A stretch of 64,000 bases of DNA. Origin: a virus (Duplodnaviria > Caudoviricetes). Positions 50,042 through 57,475 of this stretch are shown in pieces (the stretch's first letter is position 1; every line of letters starts with the position of its first letter). Made by a program: the position numbers and the translations under genes. The stretch lies in the IMG/VR virus record IMGVR_UViG_3300028048_001169, positions 1 through 64,000 of that record; one strand, written 5' to 3'. The notes under the pieces are model-generated. The model searched no databases, was not told where the DNA came from, and saw nothing but the letters and a program-made list of their open reading frames with translations.

Positions 50042-50499
50042 ACAAAGGTATTTTTGGAGCTGATGTTGATATTTGTAGACATCCGAACAAAGAAGGTAAA
50101 CTAGTAACTCCGTGTATTGTTACAGACAATGGAGATCTCGTTGATTTAAGAGCAGCAGAATCTTATGATATTAAAGCAGGAGATTTTGTAATAATCAGCT
50201 TGGGAATCACTGTAAAGTTTCCTGAAGGATTTTGGGGATTCTTGGCACCAAGATCTAGTCTATTCAAAAAGACTGGATTAATAGTAGCAAATAGTGTTGG
50301 TGTTATTGAGCAGTGTTATTGTGGCCCAGACGACATTTGGGGATTAGCCGTTTATGCTACAAGAGATACTCATATTGACTTTGATCAGCGTATTGCTCAG
50401 TTTACTTTAATTCCAAAAGTAAGTATGAAATTAAACGATGTAGAAGAAGTATCACAATCAGAGAGCCGTGGTGGTTTTGGGAGTACAGGAGATAAGTAG
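50038..50499 (+). CDS. dut: trimeric dUTPase family protein (motif 3 Asp replaced by Glu)
   Basis: DLRA, PRSS, GVIEQCYCG, RIAQ, RGGFGSTG. Confidence 0.88.
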   Translation: MNKGIFGADVDICRHPNKEGKLVTPCIVTDNGDLVDLRAAESYDIKAGDFVIISLGITVKFPEGFWGFLAPRSSLFKKTGLIVANSVGVIEQCYCGPDDIWGLAVYATRDTHIDFDQRIAQFTLIPKVSMKLNDVEEVSQSESRGGFGSTGDK

Positions 50500-50835
50500 A
50501 TGAAGAATGTCATTTGTAAATGTAAGGATCAAGAAGATGCAGTTAGGTGTTGTATTAACTTCACGAGATTATTAACAAAGCATAATATTAATATTGATGC
50601 TATTGATCATAATCGAATAACTACAAATGATTTCGATATTCTATTCACTGATAGTGATACTGTAAAGTCTTTTGAAGATACTAATAAGAAATTTTACATG
50701 ACGATTCCGTATAATGAAAATCTTATTTCACCAGAAGGTGTAGGAGTAGAAGAAAGCACACTAATTGTTCTGGTGAAGAAGATTGTTGCCGAATACATTC
50801 GGAATACAGAGCTTCGGAATAATGTGAATTCTTGA
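50500..50835 (+). CDS. hypothetical protein
   Basis: Abuts dut, AGGAG RBS. Confidence 0.65.
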   Translation: MKNVICKCKDQEDAVRCCINFTRLLTKHNINIDAIDHNRITTNDFDILFTDSDTVKSFEDTNKKFYMTIPYNENLISPEGVGVEESTLIVLVKKIVAEYIRNTELRNNVNS

Positions 50836-50881
50836 TCATATATTATAACTACGATACTGAGTAGAAGGAGGTTAAAAATTC

Positions 50882-50962
50882 ATGCTAGAAATTACAAAAA
50901 ATGACCATCAAGGTCCAGAAGGAACTGGTGATGATCATGGCACATACGGAACTCCTGTATAG
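50882..50962 (+). CDS. 26-aa peptide in its own transcription unit (absent from ORF track)
   Basis: Early motif 50836-50847, AAGGAGG, MLEITKNDHQGPEGTGDDHGTYGTPV, terminator at 50991-51027. Confidence 0.6.
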   Translation: MLEITKNDHQGPEGTGDDHGTYGTPV

Positions 50963-51026
50963 GGGCAAACTCAGTATGTAAAAAGAATAAGGACTAGTAG
51001 GAGTAATCCTACTAGCCTTTCTTTTT

Positions 51027-51587
51027 TTAGTGCTTACGCTTTTTATTGCGATTATGATTGTTGTTATTCTGTGGCTGTGGAGCAGATACTGGCTCTGCAG
51101 TAATCTCTTCTTCAACAGTCTCATCTTCTACAACTTCTTCCTGATCATCAACATCTTCTTCTGCTGCTACTTCCTCTTCTACAGGAGCAACTTCAACCTC
51201 TTCAACAGGCTCTACAGAAACCTCTGTTTCATCAACTACCTCTTCAGAAGCAGGTTCTACTTCTGTAGAAGCATCAGTTTTCATAGGCTCAGTAACCTCT
51301 TCAGTTGCTCTCGCAACATTTTCGTCAATTACAGTGTAATTATACTTAGTTGCTGTAATTTCGTCTCCTGGGGTCGCTCTATGAAGATGTGGGAAATTTT
51401 CACCTGTAACCTTGATTGGAGCTTTACCAACAAAGAGTCTATATACAGGACCATGTTTCATACAAATGAAAACCTCTTCTTTGTTCAGATCAGCACTGAA
51501 AGGTCTCATAATTAATTTACCAGGGATTAAATCCTTGATTGGTGTGTACGGTGTTACTGAATACTTAAATCTATCCATGTCACTCAT
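51027..51587 (-). CDS. protein with acidic E/V-rich tail
   Basis: 186-aa ORF with RBS. Confidence 0.7.
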   Translation of the reverse strand: MSDMDRFKYSVTPYTPIKDLIPGKLIMRPFSADLNKEEVFICMKHGPVYRLFVGKAPIKVTGENFPHLHRATPGDEITATKYNYTVIDENVARATEEVTEPMKTDASTEVEPASEEVVDETEVSVEPVEEVEVAPVEEEVAAEEDVDDQEEVVEDETVEEEITAEPVSAPQPQNNNNHNRNKKRKH

Positions 51588-51675
51588 TCCTCTAATATCT
51601 CCTTTGCTAAATATAGTGTAGATTAGAATATCTAACCTACACTATACAATTTATTATATTCTTTTAATGTACCAA

Positions 51676-52971
51676 TTACAGTACAGAGTCCATAAGATCA
51701 TCATCTTCATCTGCATTGAGACGGTTAACGTCAGCATCAGATGCAGGGCCATCTTCAGAACCAGCTACAACATCGAGAATAGAATCATCAGCATCATCAT
51801 CCTTCTCAAGAGCTGCTACAGATGCTTCGAAATATCCAAGATAACCCTCTTCGAGCTCCTTATCGAGTTTATCCTGAGCTTTTCCTTCGTTTTCCTCACC
51901 AACTTCATTCTGATGAGCATTATTATTATTGCTCTGATCAGTCTCTGTTTCTTCAATGAAGAAAGAATCAAGATCATCGAATAGCATAGACTCTTCAAAA
52001 GAATCATCTGTTGCATCTTTGGAATCTCCAGCTACATCAAAATCCTTAACCATTCCACCATCCTGTGGCTTAGCATCAGCATCGCTACCAGAATTAAGCT
52101 GACCATCCTTAAGATCTTCTCCACCAACAGCTGAGATAATATCTTCATCAGAAGAATCATAAGCAGGCTTATTAGTAGTATCATGATTAGGACCAAGATC
52201 AGAACCGATACCCTTACCGCCACCAATCTTTCCGTTGCAGTCTTCGATACCTTTATTACACCTCTCATCATCAGACTCAAAAATACCAAGGTATCCTTCT
52301 CTACAAGAACCAGATGCACCGCATCCAGCTCCACCACACTCTGTACCTGCACCATCCTGATCTACAAGACGAGCATCAACTACGTCACGATTATCTGGAA
52401 TTTCATCATCATCTTCATCAGATGTATCAAAAGCATCAACCATATCACCACCACCAGTAGCTGGTACATCTTCTGCTTCTCCAGCACCAGGAACGTCTGC
52501 TTCTGGATCTTCTGGAATATCCTCTGCAGCAGCAATATCTTCATCAGCTTCTGCTAATAAGTAATCCAATGCTTCCTTGAAGCTTGTATGATCAGCAGCA
52601 TAACGATCTTCACCATTTACTAAGAAATCGTTAATCATTCCACCATCCTTAACAGTACCACCAGCGTTGCTACCAGAGTTAAGCTGACCACCGTTCTTTA
52701 ATGTTTCTCCACCAACAGCTGAGATAATATCTTCATCAGAAGAATCATCAGTAGGCTTATTAGCATCGTGATTAGGACCAAGATCAGAGCCGATACCCTT
52801 ACCGCCACCAATCTTTCCATTACCATCTTCAATGCTATTAAAGTCTCTTACATCTTCAGATTCTTTAAGAATAGAATCCATCATGCGATTATCATCTTCG
52901 GCACCGAATATGGCGTCGAATACATCACCATCTGCAAGATGTTTTGCAAATGTCATATCGTAATCACTCAT
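51676..52971 (-). CDS. acidic Gly-rich late protein with internal duplication (scaffold/core-like)
   Basis: Late promoter 53029-53040; two roughly 86-aa repeats; many xxES/xxEA sites. Confidence 0.7.
   Translation of the reverse strand: MSDYDMTFAKHLADGDVFDAIFGAEDDNRMMDSILKESEDVRDFNSIEDGNGKIGGGKGIGSDLGPNHDANKPTDDSSDEDIISAVGGETLKNGGQLNSGSNAGGTVKDGGMINDFLVNGEDRYAADHTSFKEALDYLLAEADEDIAAAEDIPEDPEADVPGAGEAEDVPATGGGDMVDAFDTSDEDDDEIPDNRDVVDARLVDQDGAGTECGGAGCGASGSCREGYLGIFESDDERCNKGIEDCNGKIGGGKGIGSDLGPNHDTTNKPAYDSSDEDIISAVGGEDLKDGQLNSGSDADAKPQDGGMVKDFDVAGDSKDATDDSFEESMLFDDLDSFFIEETETDQSNNNNAHQNEVGEENEGKAQDKLDKELEEGYLGYFEASVAALEKDDDADDSILDVVAGSEDGPASDADVNRLNADEDDDLMDSVL
51991..52833 (-). repeat. intragenic direct repeat, about 260 bp x2 (52573-52833 and 51991-52248)
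   Basis: IEDxNGKIGGGKGIGSDLGPNHD...DSSDEDIISAVGGE..GQLNSGS...DGGM..DF.V.G...SFxE occurs twice. Confidence 0.9.
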
Positions 52972-53049
52972 TCGAATAGTCCTCCTTAATTATTATATTT
53001 CTAAATATCAATAATAAACCACAATATTTATCTCTATGTTAATTTTATA

Positions 53050-54279
53050 TTAATTTAGTAGATGTTCAGTGTATTTGTCGAGAACAAATATAACCATTAT
53101 CAGGTTATAAAATAGAGATTCTTGTGGAGTTATATCAATATAATCCAAATAACTGATATCCTTTTCATTAATTTCTTCATTATGGAAGTATTTAATGATA
53201 ACGTTGAGATACATGAGATCTTTATCTTCATCCCCATATTTACGATTCTCTATAATACGATCAATAAATTCTTCAGTCATGATAGGAATGATACCTCTAG
53301 GATTGAAAGGTCCATTTGGTTCATGAATGATATCGTAGCATAATTCGAAATAGTTTTCATATCGAGTAGCAAAAATTGATGTAGGGTCATTAATTACATT
53401 CGCTTGAGCTTGATATGAATAATTGCGAAACTTTTGAATATTGTGTAATTCAAATGCTCTAAAAATAGATCGATTATAAGATACAGCAAATGTCATTGGA
53501 GTATGTGTTTGATGCTGAATATATGTATAGTCTTTTCCACTTGCTTGAAGAAGTTTATTACGTAATATAAACTCAATTGCATATGGATCGTACATATGAT
53601 ACTCATTATACCATTTATAGATAAATGTCTGCACATACTCACTGTAGAAAAGATCCTTAAAATAGTTTCTAAGGCTATCTGTTACATTATCTATTTTTTC
53701 TGCTAGCTTTACTTTACGAGATAATACAACTCTCTTAGTATTGGTTCCTGCGGTTTGTTCTACATAATCATATTCTTCTACAACGTTTAATTCAATCTCA
53801 GCATTTGTTGTACGATCCAGGATCCAGCTAATCTTCCACGCATCAGTATCAGTTTGAAGAGTTTCATTTGATACTTCTCTTACTTTAAATAACCAATTCT
53901 GACCAGCATGATCAATCATAAAGAAATCACCTTCATAAGGTGTAATTTCATTTGGTAAGATATAACTCTCACCTGTAATATCAGAAGATTCCATTCCAAA
54001 TTCACCCTGTTCCAGAGCTACTTCTAGACGTTGCATCTGATAAATATAAAGATTATGTATTTTATTGAAACGAATCGGAGAGTCTTTACCTATATCTGTA
54101 TAAGCAAATTGTCCACCTGCATCTAAGGTTGTCTTATCAATATTGACGTTATAATAAGTAACTTTTGTACCCTTAGACTGACTATTGAATAAATAGAAGT
54201 CATTATTCAATAATGTATCGGTTAGACTTGTAATTCCTTCTACGACATCTCTTCGTTCCGTAGAAATAAACTTTCCCAT
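53050..54279 (-). CDS. putative neck/head-completion structural protein
   Basis: TACA-N6-TA variant promoter; PYEGDFF...LFKV beta-barrel pattern typical of head-tail joining proteins. Confidence 0.5.
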   Translation of the reverse strand: MGKFISTERRDVVEGITSLTDTLLNNDFYLFNSQSKGTKVTYYNVNIDKTTLDAGGQFAYTDIGKDSPIRFNKIHNLYIYQMQRLEVALEQGEFGMESSDITGESYILPNEITPYEGDFFMIDHAGQNWLFKVREVSNETLQTDTDAWKISWILDRTTNAEIELNVVEEYDYVEQTAGTNTKRVVLSRKVKLAEKIDNVTDSLRNYFKDLFYSEYVQTFIYKWYNEYHMYDPYAIEFILRNKLLQASGKDYTYIQHQTHTPMTFAVSYNRSIFRAFELHNIQKFRNYSYQAQANVINDPTSIFATRYENYFELCYDIIHEPNGPFNPRGIIPIMTEEFIDRIIENRKYGDEDKDLMYLNVIIKYFHNEEINEKDISYLDYIDITPQESLFYNLIMVIFVLDKYTEHLLN

Positions 54280-54350
54280 CTAGGATATCCTCCTTTCTTT
54301 AATTATAGTAATGTAAAAATCCCTGCAGTGTGAATGCAGGGATTCTATTA

Positions 54351-54662
54351 TTAAAATTGCTGAATCATTGTAATAACGATTGATCTATGTGAAACAGCTT
54401 CTGTTTTTACACGAAACATTTTCTCATATTTCCGTAAAACTGAAACTGATTGTAGGTTATTAGATAATGCATTTATTACATTAGGATCGTTATTTTCTAT
54501 TTTAAATGAAACTTCTGTGTTGGTTCCATTCACTATCTCTATTTTAGATTCCGAATCAATCAAATCATATAGAATCATAAATTGATCAAAGTAAACCGAT
54601 AATACATTTACAATTGGTGTCTGATTTGGATTGATACTTCGGAAAAACTCTAATCTATCCAT
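54351..54662 (-). CDS. hypothetical protein
   Basis: AGGAGG RBS. Confidence 0.7.
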   Translation of the reverse strand: MDRLEFFRSINPNQTPIVNVLSVYFDQFMILYDLIDSESKIEIVNGTNTEVSFKIENNDPNVINALSNNLQSVSVLRKYEKMFRVKTEAVSHRSIVITMIQQF

Positions 54663-54677
54663 ATCAATCCTCCTGCA

Positions 54678-54917
54678 TTATTCTTGTCCAGAGAAAGCAG
54701 CCATTAGTGACTCGTCTTTTAATTCTTTTGCTTCTGGTCCATTGGGATCTTTTTGTGCTTTCAAATTTCGTATATAGGCAGCGTGTCTCAGCCAGTACAT
54801 ATACCGATTAGGCATATTTAATAATTCTGGCAAAGACACGATACCTCGTTTATACGTCATCGCTTCAAGCGCAACGTTTATATAGTCGCCAAAATTGAAA
54901 GCCTGCTTCGTAAAAAA
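54678..54917 (-). CDS. -1 frameshift extension of the tail assembly chaperone (GT-like)
   Basis: -1 frame is open from T-TTT-TTA into the RBS-less ORF 54860-54678 (SLPELLNMPNRYMYWL). Confidence 0.7.
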   Translation of the reverse strand, partial: FFTKQAFNFGDYINVALEAMTYKRGIVSLPELLNMPNRYMYWLRHAAYIRNLKAQKDPNGPEAKELKDESLMAAFSGQE

Positions 54918-56833
54918 AGTAGTCCACTAGCAGTCTGATTTTCTGTATTTGCAGGAGTAACATTACCACAGTTAGGGCAAGTTGTCTCTGGGATCTGGAA
55001 TTCAAACCAGTTATTTCTCTCATTGATCTTATTAATATAAGCACCAATGATAGCGTGCTGATCAGATGTAAGTGTATTGAGTACCTTGTCATATCTCTGA
55101 ACCTTAGAACGAGCAGTTCTAGAGATATTATTAGCATAATCCTTATACTCAACAGGAACAAGCTGATGTCCAGCCTGGTCGATCCAGTAAAGAGCATCGA
55201 TATACGGAAGATATCCAATTGTCTCTTCGTAACGAGAAACAAAGGAATCGTTGAAGTAGTTTCTCTCGATCATTACAGAGTAGATAGAAGGCTCACGGAA
55301 TGATACAGCAAAGCTGTCAGAGATCGGGATAATATCTGTTGTATAATATCCATTGGATTCTACTGCATCTGAATTATAGAGATCCCAGAACTTCTTCTCA
55401 GACTCTTCATCCTTAAACTTAACCATATCCAGCATATTGATATTATCAGATAAGTATACCTTATTACACTTAGGATTGATACAATCAATAGGTAAGAAAT
55501 TGGCTTCAGAGAATGATGCAATGTAAGCTGCCATGAAGAGATTATCAAAGTCAGTAAAAGCAATTTCCTTCAACCACTTCTCAAAGCTCTCTGGCTTAGG
55601 AGATACAATATGATCATAAATAACCTTTAATGCACCTCTTGTATCTGGATTTGATCCACGATCCTCTAACAAAGTTCTTACTAACTCAAGATTAGCACCA
55701 GAGATTTCTCTCATCTGAATAACAACACCAGTATTTGGTAATACCCACTTTGCTAAAGCTGCAGGACCTGTAGCTAAGATATTATTAGAAGTTGTACCCT
55801 TCTTAGCAATTGTAAATGAATTAAGATCAAACTTCTTTGATACTGGCTGAATCTTTTCTGTAATAAGATTCTTGAGGAGTACAAGACGATCTTCCTCATC
55901 ATTCTCCGGTACTTCAACAGATGACTCATCATCTTCGTCATCATCTGGAGTATCAATTGCCATATAAGATCTGGTAATACGCCTTACAGTATCAGCTGCA
56001 GACTTTCTCTTTGGCTGCTGAGGCTTAGCCTCTTCCTTCTTTACTTCGTGGATCGGCATTGGCTTAATCTCTTCTACGATCTCTACCTCTTCTACAGCAT
56101 CTGGAATAGAGTCTTCTGTAATCTTCTCAGCATGTTCAATTTCTACGTGCTGCTCTTTTACTGGCTCCGGTACAAGTTCTACTTCATCTTCAATGATATC
56201 ATCCTCTTCTTCAGGAACTTCATCCACAAGATCATCAAGAACTTCTTCTGTTACTTCTGTAAAGTTTCTATTATCTTCCATTTTTTCTTCCTCTTTGGTT
56301 TCTTTTACTAAATTCACTGAACGATATGCCGTTGGCTGAATAATTGTTGTTTCCTTGTCAGTATACTCTTCAGTAGTTTCTTCTTCATCTTCAGTAGATA
56401 CAGGAGCTCCACTACCATCCGGATTAGCTGATTCTACAGCAGCATCATATGTCTCCATATCACGTTCATATTCTTTAAGCATTCTCTGCTTATATTCATC
56501 AAACATTCCGCCTGGTTTGAAAATCTCAGACTCAATAGATTCTTTGATATTTTCATTATAAGCATTACGATCCATATCTCCTCTCAAACCGGATGGTATA
56601 GAAGAGAAATCTGCTGCAACAGGTTTCTGTGGATGTCTAGAAATTTCATTAATCTTAGATGGTCCCTGCTGTATTGTAGCAGATGGACGATGCTGTGGCT
56701 GATCGGAAACTTTTGCTTTTGTAATATTCATTCCGCCAACGCTAATAGTAGGTTCTGTTGTTTCCTCTTCTACATCAGTTGATATACTAGGGACAAAACC
56801 TTTCTTAGTTTTAATATCATTAATATTCGGCAT
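54878..56833 (-). CDS. baseplate hub/tail assembly chaperone (T4 gp26 or lambda G-like) with acidic N-terminal extension
   Basis: CINPKC and CPNCG motifs, ends near LLFL at a slippery site, follows the gp25-like gene. Confidence 0.6.
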   Translation of the reverse strand: MPNINDIKTKKGFVPSISTDVEEETTEPTISVGGMNITKAKVSDQPQHRPSATIQQGPSKINEISRHPQKPVAADFSSIPSGLRGDMDRNAYNENIKESIESEIFKPGGMFDEYKQRMLKEYERDMETYDAAVESANPDGSGAPVSTEDEEETTEEYTDKETTIIQPTAYRSVNLVKETKEEEKMEDNRNFTEVTEEVLDDLVDEVPEEEDDIIEDEVELVPEPVKEQHVEIEHAEKITEDSIPDAVEEVEIVEEIKPMPIHEVKKEEAKPQQPKRKSAADTVRRITRSYMAIDTPDDDEDDESSVEVPENDEEDRLVLLKNLITEKIQPVSKKFDLNSFTIAKKGTTSNNILATGPAALAKWVLPNTGVVIQMREISGANLELVRTLLEDRGSNPDTRGALKVIYDHIVSPKPESFEKWLKEIAFTDFDNLFMAAYIASFSEANFLPIDCINPKCNKVYLSDNINMLDMVKFKDEESEKKFWDLYNSDAVESNGYYTTDIIPISDSFAVSFREPSIYSVMIERNYFNDSFVSRYEETIGYLPYIDALYWIDQAGHQLVPVEYKDYANNISRTARSKVQRYDKVLNTLTSDQHAIIGAYINKINERNNWFEFQIPETTCPNCGNVTPANTENQTASGLLFLRSRLSILATI

Positions 56834-56857
56834 TAATTATAGATTCTCCTTTCTTTT

Positions 56858-57244
56858 TTAATAGAATTGAGATGCTTTTACTGATTCTAATGTAATCGGA
56901 ATCGGAGCTTGTGATGAGTCGTACATATAGACAGTATCATTAATCTCAATCTTTATATTGCATAAATGATCATCAGTTACTTCAATTGATACTTCACTAG
57001 CAGGAAAACAAGGTAAGAATGTAGATATTTGCTCCTGTACTCTTTCCTTTAATTCATCCAATCTTCCCATCGCATAACGATAGTTCTGAATTCCTACTCC
57101 CATGTCTGGGTGTAGTGGATCTGATCCTGGTTCAAGAAGTATCAAACGCATCAGCAACATAGCTATTGCGTTTTCGTTTTCTAATACAACCGGTTCTTTA
57201 AAGGCGTTGATCGTAAAAATACGTTCTTTTTCTTTAATAGCCAT
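56858..57244 (-). CDS. baseplate wedge subunit (T4 gp25/GPW-like)
   Basis: LILLEPGSDPLHPDMGVGI motif, 128 aa. Confidence 0.75.
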   Translation of the reverse strand: MAIKEKERIFTINAFKEPVVLENENAIAMLLMRLILLEPGSDPLHPDMGVGIQNYRYAMGRLDELKERVQEQISTFLPCFPASEVSIEVTDDHLCNIKIEINDTVYMYDSSQAPIPITLESVKASQFY

Positions 57245-57354
57245 TCCTAAAACCTCCTAGAAATTATATATTAGTTTTTCTTGTAATATTTTACATAAAT
57301 GTGATAATTTGTAATAATCTGCATTTTGTGTCATATACTATATCATTGTGTAAC

Positions 57355-57428
57355 CTAGATGTAGTTTAATAGGTAAAACGTTGGCCTTCGGGCCAAAGAT
57401 GCGGGTTCGAATCCTGTCATCTTTTTCA
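57355..57428 (+). ncRNA. tRNA-Gly-like RNA / pseudo-tRNA with UUCG tetraloop in place of the anticodon loop
   Basis: D arm GTTT/AAAC, T arm GCGGG-TTCGAAT-CCTGT, 4-nt variable loop, TTGGCC-TTCG-GGCCAA arm, only 5-bp acceptor stem, no CCA; early motif 57331-57342. Confidence 0.75.
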
Positions 57429-57475
57429 TTTTTTATGTCCTCGAACACTTAAATAATATTAAGGAGGTACCCAAT

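Noticed and set aside
50901-50981. Alternative-frame peptide MTIKVQKELVMIMAHTELLYRGKLSM, or a frameshift at the A6 run
   Set aside because: No RBS at a suitable distance and G/C-rich third positions unlike this genome; the 50882 frame fits better.
54865-55242. 125-aa overlapping minus-strand ORF as the frameshift partner
   Set aside because: It is the +1 frame and stops at 54865; the -1 frame is the one joining ORF 54860-54678.
57355-57428. Functional tRNA-Arg(UCG)
   Set aside because: The loop would be 6 nt, the top two acceptor pairs are mismatched and there is no CCA; reported as a tRNA-like RNA instead.
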